A stretch of 64,000 nucleotides of DNA from Candidatus Latescibacterota bacterium (GTDB lineage: Bacteria; Latescibacterota; UBA2968; UBA8231): the NCBI GenBank assembly GCA_965200315.1, contig OZ241362.1:4992001-5056000 (forward strand), in the 5' to 3' direction. Shown here in pieces: positions 1-10,040 of the stretch (positions are counted from its first letter, which is position 1; each line of letters starts with the position of its first letter). The position numbers and the translations under genes were made by a program. The notes below the pieces were generated by a model. That model was not told where the DNA came from and ran no database searches. It worked only from the letters and a program-made list of their open reading frames with translations.

Positions 1-105
1 TTGGTCGAGGGCTTTAGACGCCAGCTCGGTGCAACCATGCGCTGGAGCGCGCTGGCCACCTATGAGGAGCACCGGGCTGCGGCTTGGGAAGGGGACAGCG
101 CATGA
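1..105 (+). CDS. 3' end of an upstream gene (partial, product unknown)
   Basis: Frame 1 is open from base 1 ([34 protein letters not shown]). Its TGA at 103-105 overlaps the next ATG (ATGA coupling). Confidence 0.55.
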   Translation: MVEGFRRQLGATMRWSALATYEEHRAAAWEGDSA

Positions 106-1082
106 TTGTGCAGGATCCCTTACTAGAAGTCCGCGATTTGCGGACTTCTTTTTACACGGAAGAGGGCGTCGCCCGCGCCGTTGATGGGGTGTCGTTTGTG
201 GTGGGGCGGGGCCAGACGTTGGGGCTGGTCGGCGAAAGCGGCTGTGGCAAGAGCGTCAGCGCCTTCTCGATTATGCGCTTGGTGCCCGATCCACCGGGCC
301 GCATTGAGGCCGGGCAGATATTGCTTAAGGGGCGCGATTTGCTTGCGCTGGAAGAGGAGGAGATGCGCCGCGTGCGCGGCGACGACATCGCGATGATTTT
401 TCAGGAGCCGATGACGAGCCTCAATCCGGTGCTAACCTGCGGGTTCCAGATCATCGAAGCCGTGGTTTTGCACCAGCAGGTCCCCAAGCAGGAAGCGCGT
501 GCCCGGGCGGTCGAGATGCTGCAACTGGTGGGGATTCCAGCGCCCGAACAGCGGATTGACGAATATCCCCACCAGCTATCGGGTGGGATGCGCCAGCGGG
601 TGATGATCGCCATGGCCCTGGCGTGCAATCCAGACGTGTTGATTGCCGATGAGCCGACCACGGCCCTTGACGTGACGATCCAAGCGCAGATCCTCGCGCT
701 GTTGGAGTCGCTGCAAGAATCCCTGCAAATGGCGATTGTGATGATCACTCACGACCTCGGGGTGATCGCCGAGACCGCGGACCAAGTGGCGGTCATGTAC
801 GCCGGCCAAGTTGTCGAATACGCGGAAACGCAAGTCCTATTTACCCGTCCGCGGCACCCTTATACGCGCGGCTTGCTGCGCTCGATCCCTCGGTTGGACG
901 CCGAGCAGGAGCGATTGGACATCATCCCGGGCGTGGTGCCCGACGCCCGCTCCTTTCCACCGGGGTGTCGCTTTGCCCCGCGCTGCCCGCTGGCCGACGC
1001 CCACTGTCGGGCCGAAGCACCGCCACTGGAGGAGGTCGAGGCCGGGCACTGGGCAAGCTGTTGGAAGGCAGGGGACGCATGA
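102..1082 (+). CDS. oppD: Oligopeptide/dipeptide ABC transporter ATP-binding subunit (OppD/DppD-like)
   Basis: Walker [17 protein letters not shown] signature, [15 protein letters not shown] and C-terminal GCRFAPRCP. Start moved to ATG 102. Confidence 0.93.
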   Translation: MIVQDPLLEVRDLRTSFYTEEGVARAVDGVSFVVGRGQTLGLVGESGCGKSVSAFSIMRLVPDPPGRIEAGQILLKGRDLLALEEEEMRRVRGDDIAMIFQEPMTSLNPVLTCGFQIIEAVVLHQQVPKQEARARAVEMLQLVGIPAPEQRIDEYPHQLSGGMRQRVMIAMALACNPDVLIADEPTTALDVTIQAQILALLESLQESLQMAIVMITHDLGVIAETADQVAVMYAGQVVEYAETQVLFTRPRHPYTRGLLRSIPRLDAEQERLDIIPGVVPDARSFPPGCRFAPRCPLADAHCRAEAPPLEEVEAGHWASCWKAGDA

Positions 1083-2107
1083 GCCAAGCTGCGCCCTTGG
1101 TCGAGGTCGAGGGCCTCAAAAAATACTTTCCCGTGCGCCAGGGGGTTTGGGGCCGAGTGCAGGCCCACGTCAAGGCCGTCGATGGGGTCGATCTGGCGAT
1201 TGGACGCGGCGAGACCTTGGGCGTAGTCGGCGAGAGCGGCTGCGGCAAGACCACGCTGGGCAGGCTCATGCTGCGGCTAATTGAAGCTACGGCTGGGCAG
1301 GTGCGCTTTGCTGGGGTTGACCTATTGGGGTTGGGCAAGGAGGCCATGCGGCGGCAGCGGCGGGACATGCAGATCATCTTCCAAGATCCGTATGCGTCGC
1401 TCAATCCGCGGATGACGGTGGGCGGCATTATCGGCGAAGCTCTGAAGGTTCACGGGCTGGCCGAGCGCGCCGAGTTAGCCGAGCGAGTGGGGGAGTTGCT
1501 GGAGATGGTCGGGTTGCCGGCGGATTGTGCGCGGCGCTACCCGCACGAGTTTTCCGGCGGCCAGCGCCAGCGCATTGGCATTGCCCGCGCCTTGGCGGTG
1601 CGGCCGCAGTTTATAGTCGCCGACGAGCCGGTGTCTGCGCTGGACGTTTCGGTGCAAGCTCAGATTATCAACTTGCTGCAAGACCTACAGCGCGATTTGG
1701 GCCTAACATATATGTTTATTGCCCACGATTTGAGCGTGGTGCGCCACATTTCGAATCGGGTGGCCGTGATGTACTTGGGGCGCATCGTCGAGGTGGCAGC
1801 GCGAGATAAGCTCTACCGCCAGCCATCCCATCCCTATACGCGTGCGCTGCTGGCGGCCGTGCCCGCGCCCGACCCGCGGACTAAGCGGCAGCGCGTCCTC
1901 TTGGAGGGCGACGCGCCCAATCCAGCGGCCGTGCCCTCGGGATGTGCCTTTCACCCGCGCTGCCCGGAGCGCGAAGAGATATGCACTCGCGTGGTGCCGC
2001 GCCTCGTCGATCTGGGCGACGGCCACTGTACGGCCTGTCTGCTCCGCTATCCCGCGGAGCTGAAGAACCGATTGGCTGCTGAGGCCAACGAGAAAAACGC
2101 AAGATAG
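1079..2107 (+). CDS. oppF: Oligopeptide/dipeptide ABC transporter ATP-binding subunit (OppF/DppF-like)
   Basis: [42 protein letters not shown] 1079 overlaps the upstream stop. Confidence 0.93.
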   Translation: MSQAAPLVEVEGLKKYFPVRQGVWGRVQAHVKAVDGVDLAIGRGETLGVVGESGCGKTTLGRLMLRLIEATAGQVRFAGVDLLGLGKEAMRRQRRDMQIIFQDPYASLNPRMTVGGIIGEALKVHGLAERAELAERVGELLEMVGLPADCARRYPHEFSGGQRQRIGIARALAVRPQFIVADEPVSALDVSVQAQIINLLQDLQRDLGLTYMFIAHDLSVVRHISNRVAVMYLGRIVEVAARDKLYRQPSHPYTRALLAAVPAPDPRTKRQRVLLEGDAPNPAAVPSGCAFHPRCPEREEICTRVVPRLVDLGDGHCTACLLRYPAELKNRLAAEANEKNAR

Positions 2108-2124
2108 CAGGAGAGCGATAGCTT

Positions 2125-3948
2125 ATGATGACTTTGTTGCGCCAAAAGACGGTGCTTGTTTTGTGGTTTGTGATATTCGCCTTCATCGGCTTAATCGTCG
2201 TCGAATGGGGGGCCGACTACTCGGGGCCGGGCGCCAACGCCGCTGGCGATACGGTTGGCGTGGTCAATGGCGAGACCATTTCGCTGCAGGAGTTCCAAGA
2301 CGCGCTGCGGCGGGTAGCGCGCCAGATGCCTCAAGAGCAGCGCGCCGATCAGGCCCTGCTCGTGCAGCAGGTATGGGACTACTATGTCCGCGAGATCATT
2401 TTGACCCGTGAATTTGAGCGTTTGGGCTTTGAGGTGACCGATGGGGAGATCGCCTTTTACACGCGGAACAAACCCCCGCAGGCCGTGCGCGAATTCGAGA
2501 CCTTTCAAACCGATGGCGCGTTCGACATGGACAAGTACGCCCAGTTCATCGGCAATCCGGCCAATCTCAGCGACCCCAACAACCAAGCCTTAGTCCTGTA
2601 TATCGAGAGCACGATTGAGCGGCAATTGCTCGAGTACAGGCTACAGAGGATGCTGCGGGGCACCGCGCAGGTGAGTCCCAATGAGGCGCACCAGCACTTT
2701 GCCGAGGCCAACGAAAAGGTGCGCGTCGAATACGCATTTGCCCCCAGCGACGCTGCGGATGACGAGATCGAAGTTACAGACGAAGATTTGGCCGCCTATT
2801 ATCAAGAAAACGTGGCCGCCTACGAGCATCCCGACCAAATAAAGCTGGAGTACGCGTACTTTCCCAAGGTGGCCAGCGCCGCGGATTCACTGGAGATCAA
2901 AGAGGAGATGGACCGCCTGCGCCAAGAGATTGAGGCCGGCGCGGATTTTGCCGGATTGGCCGCGGTGGTCTCGGACGACGAAGGCTCTGCCGCCCAAGGT
3001 GGCGATCTCGGTTTTTTTGGCCGCGGTCAGATGGTCGCGCCCTTTGAGGAAGCGGCCTTCGCCTTGGCACCCGGCGAGCTTTCCGAGCCAGTGCAGACGC
3101 GCTATGGCTGGCATCTGATCAAGGTGGAAGAACGCTTGGAGGAAGAAAGCGGTGAGGCGAAGGTACACGCCCGCCATATCCTGCTCAGATACCAGCCCTC
3201 GCGCACGACTGAGGATAGCCTGCGCAGCCGGGCCGAGGTGTTCCAAGAGCAGGCTACAGCCGAAGGATTTGCGGCCACGCTAGCGGCCTCTGGCACCGAG
3301 GCGACGCCCACGAATTTCCTGCGCAAAAGCCAAGCCGTGCCGGGCATCAGCGCGAGCACCACGTGGCTCGTCAACTGGTTTTTTGAACAGGAACCCGGAG
3401 CCGTCAGTCAGATCGTCGAGGACGATTCGGGGTTGTGGGTGGCGCAGCTAGTGGCCAAACGGCCTGAGGGCACTGTGCCCTTGGACGAGCTAAAGGATCA
3501 GCTTGAGCCGTTGGTACAAGCGCGCAAAAAGGCCGCTCGCGCCGCAGCCCAGCTAAAGGCCGTGCGGCGGGAAGTAGGAGCCGGGGCCACCTTGGCCCAA
3601 GCGGCGCAAAATGCCGGGGTGGAGTTCCACACCCCGGAGGCTTTTGCGCGCGCCGAATCGGTGGAGGGTCTAGGTCGCGTGAGCGCGGTAATCGGCGCGG
3701 CCTTCCGCTTGGAAGAGGGCCGGCTCAGCGAAGTGATCGAGGTCGCCGAGGGCAGCAAGCGCGGGGCGTACTTGCTGAAGCTGTTGGAGAAGACACCGGT
3801 AGATGAGGAGCAATTCGCTGCGCAGCGCGAGCAGGTCATCGCCCAGCTCCAGGCCCAGCGCGAGCAGGAGGCCGTGCAGAACTGGTTCGCGCACCTGTAC
3901 GATACGGCCGAGATCGAGGACAACAGACATCGCTTTTTCACGTTTTAG
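2125..3948 (+). CDS. SurA-N-domain peptidyl-prolyl isomerase (PpiD-like periplasmic chaperone)
   Basis: N-terminal membrane anchor, VNGETIS SurA_N start, parvulin motif [19 protein letters not shown]...[12 protein letters not shown]. Confidence 0.88.
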   Translation: MMTLLRQKTVLVLWFVIFAFIGLIVVEWGADYSGPGANAAGDTVGVVNGETISLQEFQDALRRVARQMPQEQRADQALLVQQVWDYYVREIILTREFERLGFEVTDGEIAFYTRNKPPQAVREFETFQTDGAFDMDKYAQFIGNPANLSDPNNQALVLYIESTIERQLLEYRLQRMLRGTAQVSPNEAHQHFAEANEKVRVEYAFAPSDAADDEIEVTDEDLAAYYQENVAAYEHPDQIKLEYAYFPKVASAADSLEIKEEMDRLRQEIEAGADFAGLAAVVSDDEGSAAQGGDLGFFGRGQMVAPFEEAAFALAPGELSEPVQTRYGWHLIKVEERLEEESGEAKVHARHILLRYQPSRTTEDSLRSRAEVFQEQATAEGFAATLAASGTEATPTNFLRKSQAVPGISASTTWLVNWFFEQEPGAVSQIVEDDSGLWVAQLVAKRPEGTVPLDELKDQLEPLVQARKKAARAAAQLKAVRREVGAGATLAQAAQNAGVEFHTPEAFARAESVEGLGRVSAVIGAAFRLEEGRLSEVIEVAEGSKRGAYLLKLLEKTPVDEEQFAAQREQVIAQLQAQREQEAVQNWFAHLYDTAEIEDNRHRFFTF

Positions 3949-3962
3949 ATTGGAGAGGAATC

Positions 3963-4874
3963 ATGTCAGCAGCACCAGGGCAAACGCAAATCGGCTTTAT
4001 CGGCTTGGGGATTATGGGTGCGCCCATGGCCGAGAATCTGCTCAAAGCCGGTTATCAACTCAATGTATACAACCGCAGCGACCGGCCGCGCGTCGGCGAG
4101 GTCGTCGCGGCCGGCGGCGTACGCGTTGGCTCGCCCAAGGAGGCGGCGACGGGTGCAGATGTCATCATCAGCATCGTCACGGACACGCCCGATATGGAGG
4201 CCGTGCTGGTGGGCGCGGAAGGCGCGATTCACGGAGCTAAAGAGGGCGCGATAGTCATCGATATGAGCACGGTTTCACCCAAAGTCACCCGCGAAGTAGC
4301 CGCGGCCTTGCAGGGGCGGGGCGTGGCCATGCTCGACGCGCCCGTCAGCGGCGGAGATGTGGGCGCGATCAACGGCACCCTGTCGATTATGGTCGGCGGC
4401 GACGAGGCCGTCTTTAACCAATGCCTGCCGGTCTTTGAGGCCATGGGTACCAACATCAACTTGATCGGTTCCAATGGTGCTGGTCAGACGACTAAGCTCT
4501 GCAATCAGATCGCGGTTGCGGTCAACAACATGGCCATGGCCGAGGCTCTGATGCTGGCGGCAGCCTCGGACTTGGATGTGCAAAAGGTCATCAACGCGAT
4601 CAGCGGTGGGGCGGCTGGCTCTTGGCAGTTGAGCAATTTAGGCCCGCGCATTGCCGCGGGCGATTTCGACCCGGGCTTTATGGTCTATTTGCAGCAAAAG
4701 GATTTGCGCTTGGTCTTGCAGGCGGCCAACGACGTCAAGATGGCCCTACCGGCCGTGAGCATAGCCCACCAGTTTTTCAACATCGTCGAGCGCGCCGGTT
4801 GCGCCGAAGAAGGGACCCAAGCGCTGATCAAGGCCTACGAGGCCCAGGCCGGCAGACAAGCGCGGGCCAAGTAG
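3963..4874 (+). CDS. NAD(P)-dependent beta-hydroxyacid dehydrogenase (3-hydroxyisobutyrate dehydrogenase / tartronate semialdehyde reductase family)
   Basis: GFIGLGIMG Rossmann motif, DAPVSGG, K-x-x-NQ, and F....QKDL family motifs. Confidence 0.9.
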   Translation: MSAAPGQTQIGFIGLGIMGAPMAENLLKAGYQLNVYNRSDRPRVGEVVAAGGVRVGSPKEAATGADVIISIVTDTPDMEAVLVGAEGAIHGAKEGAIVIDMSTVSPKVTREVAAALQGRGVAMLDAPVSGGDVGAINGTLSIMVGGDEAVFNQCLPVFEAMGTNINLIGSNGAGQTTKLCNQIAVAVNNMAMAEALMLAAASDLDVQKVINAISGGAAGSWQLSNLGPRIAAGDFDPGFMVYLQQKDLRLVLQAANDVKMALPAVSIAHQFFNIVERAGCAEEGTQALIKAYEAQAGRQARAK

Positions 4875-4881
4875 CCTGTCG

Positions 4882-5673
4882 GTGCAACTCGAACTGAAAA
4901 AGGTCGGGGTCCTGCTGCGCGACCAAAATTTGGACTATCCGGTCGCCGAGGTGCGCGACCTGTTTGCCGCGCACGGGATCGCCGTGTGCTTTATCGAGGG
5001 GGACGAGTGCCCGGACGACCTAGATTTGGTCGTTGCGCTTGGCGGCGACGGCACGGTGCTTCGCGCCTTTGCGCGCTTCCCGCAGCGGCCAGTGTTGGCG
5101 ATCAATTTCGGCACCGTCGGCTTTTTGACCGCTGGGGACCGCAAGGACTTGGCGCGCATTGTCCAGCTCTTAGTCGATGGCCAGTACTTCGTCAGCGAGC
5201 GTTTGGTGCTCTCTTGCCGTTATCCCTGCGGCGAGAGTCTGGTCTTCAACGAGGTGACCTTGCGGGCGCACCACAAAATGCTCTCTACGGACGTCTTTGT
5301 TGACGACGCCAAAATCCGCACCATTCGCGGCGACGGCGTGGTCGTCGGTACGCCGACGGGCAGCACTGGGCTGTTGCTATCGATGGGTGCGCCGCTGGTC
5401 ATGCCGGAAGTGCGCTGCATGTTGCTCGACGGTATCAACGAATACAACTTCACGTCGCGGACTCTGATCCTGTCGGCTGAGAAGCGGGTGCGGCTGCGCG
5501 TCAGCCCCGAGACCTTAGACAGCCATCTGGCGCTCATTGCCGATGGCCGCGAGATATGCAGCTTAGCTCCCGATCAGGAGGTGTACGTCGGCCAAGCCGA
5601 GCACACGGCGCGGTTGATATATCTCGACGATAATTACTTTTTTCACAACTTGTCGGAGAAACTTTCTTGGTAG
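4882..5673 (+). CDS. nadK: NAD(+)/NADH kinase
   Basis: GGDGT, INFGTVGFL, NE and GDGVVVGTPTGSTG motifs. Confidence 0.85.
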   Translation: MQLELKKVGVLLRDQNLDYPVAEVRDLFAAHGIAVCFIEGDECPDDLDLVVALGGDGTVLRAFARFPQRPVLAINFGTVGFLTAGDRKDLARIVQLLVDGQYFVSERLVLSCRYPCGESLVFNEVTLRAHHKMLSTDVFVDDAKIRTIRGDGVVVGTPTGSTGLLLSMGAPLVMPEVRCMLLDGINEYNFTSRTLILSAEKRVRLRVSPETLDSHLALIADGREICSLAPDQEVYVGQAEHTARLIYLDDNYFFHNLSEKLSW

Positions 5674-5755
5674 AGTTGTGTTTCCGTACATTGGGAGCAA
5701 TCGAGTCAAACTCAGTATCGTTTTCAAGTAATAAGACAGCATAGAGGAGAAAAGA

Positions 5756-6502
5756 TTGACCTACACCTATTCTGAACAGAATGAAGCCAAGGAAACCGGG
5801 GCAAGAGCGTGGGACCGGATCATGGGGGCATCGCTGGCGCTTCCTGGAGCGAAAGTTGACCGCAATAGCTTTCTTTATTCTCAACTCCATAATTATTGCG
5901 ACGAGACACAGACTAAGGAAGCAATTGAAGACAGGCCTGCTAATGCTGGAATACCATCTAAGCTGATTGATAGGTTGGCTGATTCCTGCATTAAGTCACA
6001 TGTTCTCAAAGCTTCTGCGATTTCATTTGGGACTGGCTTGCCGGGTGGTTGGGCGATGGCGGCCACTATTCCCGCCGACCTAGCTCAATTCTATTGGCAC
6101 GCAATCGTCTTATCCCAGAAGTTGGCGTACTTATATGGCTGGCCAGACTTACTGAAAGAAGACGAGGCTGACGAAGAGACCAAGGCGAGGATTACACTGC
6201 TCATCGGAGCGATGATGGGTGCTGAGGCAGCTAACAAAATAATAAGCGAGGTAGCTGAGCGATTTGCCAGAGAAGTTGTGCGACGTCTTCCGAGGCAGGC
6301 ACTCACTAGGACTGCGTACTACCCACTAATCAAACAGATTAGCAAATGGATTGGAATTAACGTCACCAAAAATACCTTTGCGCGTAGTGTGTCAAAATTC
6401 GTGCCAATTGTTGGCGGACTTGTTTCCGCTGGCGTGACTGCGGCAATGATGAAACCTATGGCCAAGCGACTGAAGAATCACCTAAGAGAGTTGGAGAGTT
6501 GA
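5756..6502 (+). CDS. EcsC-family protein
   Basis: TTG start after AGAGGAG. Motifs GLPGG.AMAATIPAD, QKLAYLYG and VPIVGGLVS are typical of EcsC-like proteins. DNA is AT-richer than the flanks. Confidence 0.7.
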   Translation: MTYTYSEQNEAKETGARAWDRIMGASLALPGAKVDRNSFLYSQLHNYCDETQTKEAIEDRPANAGIPSKLIDRLADSCIKSHVLKASAISFGTGLPGGWAMAATIPADLAQFYWHAIVLSQKLAYLYGWPDLLKEDEADEETKARITLLIGAMMGAEAANKIISEVAERFAREVVRRLPRQALTRTAYYPLIKQISKWIGINVTKNTFARSVSKFVPIVGGLVSAGVTAAMMKPMAKRLKNHLRELES

Positions 6503-6587
6503 GATTAGCACATCCTGATGGTCATGACGGGTGAGTCGTATCCCAGTGATAAAGTCTGGCTGAGGTCAGGAAGCGTAAAACAGGAGG

Positions 6588-7829
6588 ATGGTAATTTGGC
6601 CAATGGAAGTTTCGGACGTTGACAGGAGTCAAGAAACCATGGAAGGCGAGATCAAGCAGGTTGATAAACGAGCTGATAGTGATGGACAAGTGATAAATCC
6701 ACGCATTATCATCGACGCAAGTTACATGCGTGGCATGAAAAGGGATGGTGCACCACTTCGCACAATATGTGAACAAGGTGGTCGTATCATGTTAATCGAT
6801 ACTTTAGTTCGTGAGCTTATCACATCTGATCAAAACCAATGGTCCTTAGCAATACCCCGACTTGTGGAATACCGGGATTCCATCGAAATCTGTGAACATG
6901 TATCCAAAATGTGTAAGGCCGAGCTTGAAGATCATAGTCCGTACGGTGATCCTGTAGATGATAAAAAAACTGAAAACCTGCGGAAGATGTTAAAAGAAAA
7001 TTCAGAATTTCAACCTGACAATTTGGAGACACTAATTAAGGATTGGAAGGGAGAAACAGAAAGTAAGAGCAGTCTTGGACTATTACGGAACCTTGCAGTT
7101 TCTCAATCACCATTTCGCGAGGAAGATATAGAAAAGATTAGAAACAGAGATCCCAATGATAGGGAAGTTGTTCAGGTCTGTTATAATTTGATCAATGACC
7201 CAGAGAATATTCGATTAGTATTGAAGGACGTTATTCAAAATCCTGATAAAGTAGATTCCACTTGGGTCCTGTGGCATCTATCTAAATCGCTTCTTGCGGT
7301 ATGTTGTGATAGAGAGTGCCGAGGTGAAGATAAGTTTAGGAGCATATCAGATAAAAAATTGGCCAACATAAAATATGACTTAGACTACTTAGTTTTATTG
7401 ACATTCGCAGATGCGATTGCCTCTCGTGAAACAAAAGGAGAACAGGCTTACTATCGACGGTGGATGTTTGGCGATGCATCAAAGCTGTTGATAAGATCTT
7501 ATGAAAAAGAACAAATTGTGCATAAATTCAGACAGATGTCCAAAATTGCGATTTATGTAACCGAACAACTGGATGGATATACATGTGCGCTAGATCCTTG
7601 GAGTCGAGGAGTGCTAAAAATACAAGATTTAGGAGAGCTGCCTGCAAGTGTGTTTATCTCATATAAGACTGAACGGCACCTTGAGTTTTTTCACGGCTCA
7701 ACATGGAAACATACTGTAGAGATCCTAACCGGCTATTCAGCAACAGAACTTCAGGAATTTGGTGGAGTTGTATTTGTAGATACTAGGACACTGGATACCT
7801 TATTTGAGCCTTCGACTCAATATGCCTAA
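6588..7829 (+). CDS. Hypothetical protein with possible PIN-like nuclease fold
   Basis: Long AT-rich ORF. Acidic motifs IIIDAS, DTLVREL and YDLDY..ADAIASRE are spaced as in PIN domains. Start uncertain. Confidence 0.55.
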   Translation: MVIWPMEVSDVDRSQETMEGEIKQVDKRADSDGQVINPRIIIDASYMRGMKRDGAPLRTICEQGGRIMLIDTLVRELITSDQNQWSLAIPRLVEYRDSIEICEHVSKMCKAELEDHSPYGDPVDDKKTENLRKMLKENSEFQPDNLETLIKDWKGETESKSSLGLLRNLAVSQSPFREEDIEKIRNRDPNDREVVQVCYNLINDPENIRLVLKDVIQNPDKVDSTWVLWHLSKSLLAVCCDRECRGEDKFRSISDKKLANIKYDLDYLVLLTFADAIASRETKGEQAYYRRWMFGDASKLLIRSYEKEQIVHKFRQMSKIAIYVTEQLDGYTCALDPWSRGVLKIQDLGELPASVFISYKTERHLEFFHGSTWKHTVEILTGYSATELQEFGGVVFVDTRTLDTLFEPSTQYA

Positions 7830-8298
7830 AAGAATCAACCTGTACACTGGTAGAGCAGGTCATTTAGCAGTTATGGCGGAGCTTCTTCTTCGGGGTTGGA
7901 ATACAGCTATTCCAGAGGTAGATGTGGGCGACGATATTTTCGTCGTCCACGATAGAAATGGTGATCTACGTCGAGTACAAGTGAAGACGGCTGTGGCAAA
8001 ACTGCATAAGTACGGATACAGCGCACAGTTTAATCTTCCGCTCTCGCAACTTCAGAGGCAGATGACTCCAGATGTAACGTATATTTTTGCCATTCGGCTT
8101 CACGACGGTTGGGGGGCTCTTATTGTAATTGACCGGCAGACTCTAGAAGAGTACTGGAAGGCTGGCATGGGGAGCGAAAACAGAGGTAGGCTTGTATTAC
8201 GGTTGCGTTCCGAGGCGACCAGCATTACCTGTAACGGGCATCTCTTGTCGCAGTACAGGAATGACTGGGATACGAGCTTTCCCGTTATCGAGCACTGA
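7822..8298 (+). CDS. Small PD-(D/E)XK endonuclease-like protein
   Basis: G..GH..V..EL..RGW, D.GDD.FV and VQVKTA motifs. Overlaps the previous ORF by 8 bp. Confidence 0.75.
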   Translation: MPKRINLYTGRAGHLAVMAELLLRGWNTAIPEVDVGDDIFVVHDRNGDLRRVQVKTAVAKLHKYGYSAQFNLPLSQLQRQMTPDVTYIFAIRLHDGWGALIVIDRQTLEEYWKAGMGSENRGRLVLRLRSEATSITCNGHLLSQYRNDWDTSFPVIEH

Positions 8299-8300
8299 TA

Positions 8301-8586
8301 CCCATTGTGCCCGTCGTCATTCCAAACACCGAAGATGTCGTGGTGTTTGCGAAAAAACTCCATGACGAAGGACAGCTATGGGTCGGAGCAGGCATTTGGC
8401 TGGCCGGCAGAATACAATCCCGAAAAGTCTGATCCGCCACTGGACTCAAGAATGACCTTTACTCCCGCAGATTTCTGCATTGGTGAGAGTGGCATTTGGT
8501 TTTATTCCCTTATGTGGGAAAATGGTAAAGAAGAAGAGCCTGTTGCTTTTTTGGATGATAGAAATATCACTGAAACAGTATCATGA
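8301..8586 (+). pseudogene. Small hypothetical gene, possibly frameshifted near 8389
   Basis: One frame reads PIVPVVIPNTEDVVVFAKKLHDEGQLWVG and the +1 frame reads AFGWPAEYNPEK...WFYSLMWENG. Removing one base near 8389 joins them. Confidence 0.3.
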
Positions 8587-8626
8587 TTCTGAACAGCACG
8601 ATGACTTTCTTGGTAGAGGAGATGCT

Positions 8627-9226
8627 ATGCGCGTGGCAGTAATTGGAGCAGATCGTTCTTGGGGAGTGCTGCTAGCGGCTGAATTGGGCGAGGAGTTTCA
8701 GGTGGTGGCGCTCGGTATGGAAGAGAATAGCGACCTAGCTGGCTATCGGCAGGTCGATCTGCTCCAGCGCGAGGCATTAGATCCTGCGCTGGCTGGCGTG
8801 GAGGCCATCGTCCACGCGGTGGGCGGCGATCCGGCGGGCGACGACGAACAAGCCCTGCTCGACGTAGCAGCGCGGGGAACCTACGTGGCGCTGACGGCAG
8901 CCTGTGCCGTCGGCATTAAAAAAGCGGTGCTGCTGAGTCGCCTCGATTTGCTGCGCGACTACCCGGAAGAATATCTAGTTGATCTGCAGTGGAATGCCTT
9001 GCCACGGGCCGAGGCCGGGTCGCTGGCGCCGCTGATGGCCGAATTAGTCGGCCGCGAAATCGCCCGCACCGGCCAAATCGAAGTGCATTGTTTGCGACTC
9101 GGCGAATTGGATGCGGAGACCACAACCAACGACGCGGTGGCTGCCGTGCGCCAAGCCTTGGCCGCCGAGCGCGAAGGGCACCACTGGTCGCTAGCGCATG
9201 TAGCGTCGAGCGGGCGCTTTGCTTAA
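8627..9226 (+). CDS. Short, degenerate NAD-dependent epimerase/dehydratase-like protein
   Basis: RBS AGAGGA then ATG 8627. Rossmann-like start MRVAVIGA and GVEAIVHA, but no GxxGxxG or YxxxK. Confidence 0.65.
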   Translation: MRVAVIGADRSWGVLLAAELGEEFQVVALGMEENSDLAGYRQVDLLQREALDPALAGVEAIVHAVGGDPAGDDEQALLDVAARGTYVALTAACAVGIKKAVLLSRLDLLRDYPEEYLVDLQWNALPRAEAGSLAPLMAELVGREIARTGQIEVHCLRLGELDAETTTNDAVAAVRQALAAEREGHHWSLAHVASSGRFA

Positions 9227-9236
9227 AGGGGACATC

Positions 9237-10040
9237 ATGGCAACGGTGAACGAAGGCAAGGTGGTGATATTGGGGGCGGGTGGCCCGGTCGGCGCGTCGG
9301 CGATCGCTGCACTCAAAGAGCACTATACGTTGCGGGTAACTGATCTCCGGCCGATGAGCGAGGTGGCGGCCGCGCCGCCGCAAAGTCCCCGGGCGCCGAT
9401 CCCGGAGGTATTGGGGCCGCCGCACGAAAATCGGGTCGTCGATATTGCCGACTACGCGCAAGTGTTGGCCGCCTGCGAGGGCATGGACGCGGCGATCAAT
9501 GTGTCCGTAGTTCGGCCGCATCCAGTGCTGGCCTTCCAAGTCAACATGGTCGGCGCGTACAACGTGGCCAAAGCCTGCGTCGCCTGCGGAATAAAAAGGT
9601 TGATCCACACCGGGCCTTTTCACACCTCGCTGAACCACAACGCCGACTATTGGAACGATTTTCAGGTGGAAGCCGACATTCCGCTGCACCCAGGCGACGA
9701 TCTCTACGCGCTGAGCAAGTATCTCGGCGGGCACATTACGCGCGTGTTTGCCGAGCGCGAAGGGCTGGAAGTACTCACCTTTGTCTATACGCATTTTCGG
9801 CCGCGGGAAGTCCTGCCCGAGGAACATGGACAGGGTGTGCATCCATACGTGACCTCGTGGGAGGATACCGGGGAGGCGTTCTTATATGGGTTGCGGGCAC
9901 CCGAGATGCCGTCGCCGTACGAGGATTTTTTTATTTGTGCGCGGCTGCCGCACGACAAGTACCGGCCCGACAAGGCCAAGCGGCTCTTGGGCTGGGAGGC
10001 CAAGGACTGCTTCGAGGCGTTGTACACGCGGCCTCAGTAA
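9237..10040 (+). CDS. NAD-dependent epimerase/dehydratase (extended SDR, uronate-dehydrogenase-like)
   Basis: GAGGPVG, VNMVGAYNV, YALSK catalytic motif, KAKRLLGW. Confidence 0.85.
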   Translation: MATVNEGKVVILGAGGPVGASAIAALKEHYTLRVTDLRPMSEVAAAPPQSPRAPIPEVLGPPHENRVVDIADYAQVLAACEGMDAAINVSVVRPHPVLAFQVNMVGAYNVAKACVACGIKRLIHTGPFHTSLNHNADYWNDFQVEADIPLHPGDDLYALSKYLGGHITRVFAEREGLEVLTFVYTHFRPREVLPEEHGQGVHPYVTSWEDTGEAFLYGLRAPEMPSPYEDFFICARLPHDKYRPDKAKRLLGWEAKDCFEALYTRPQ

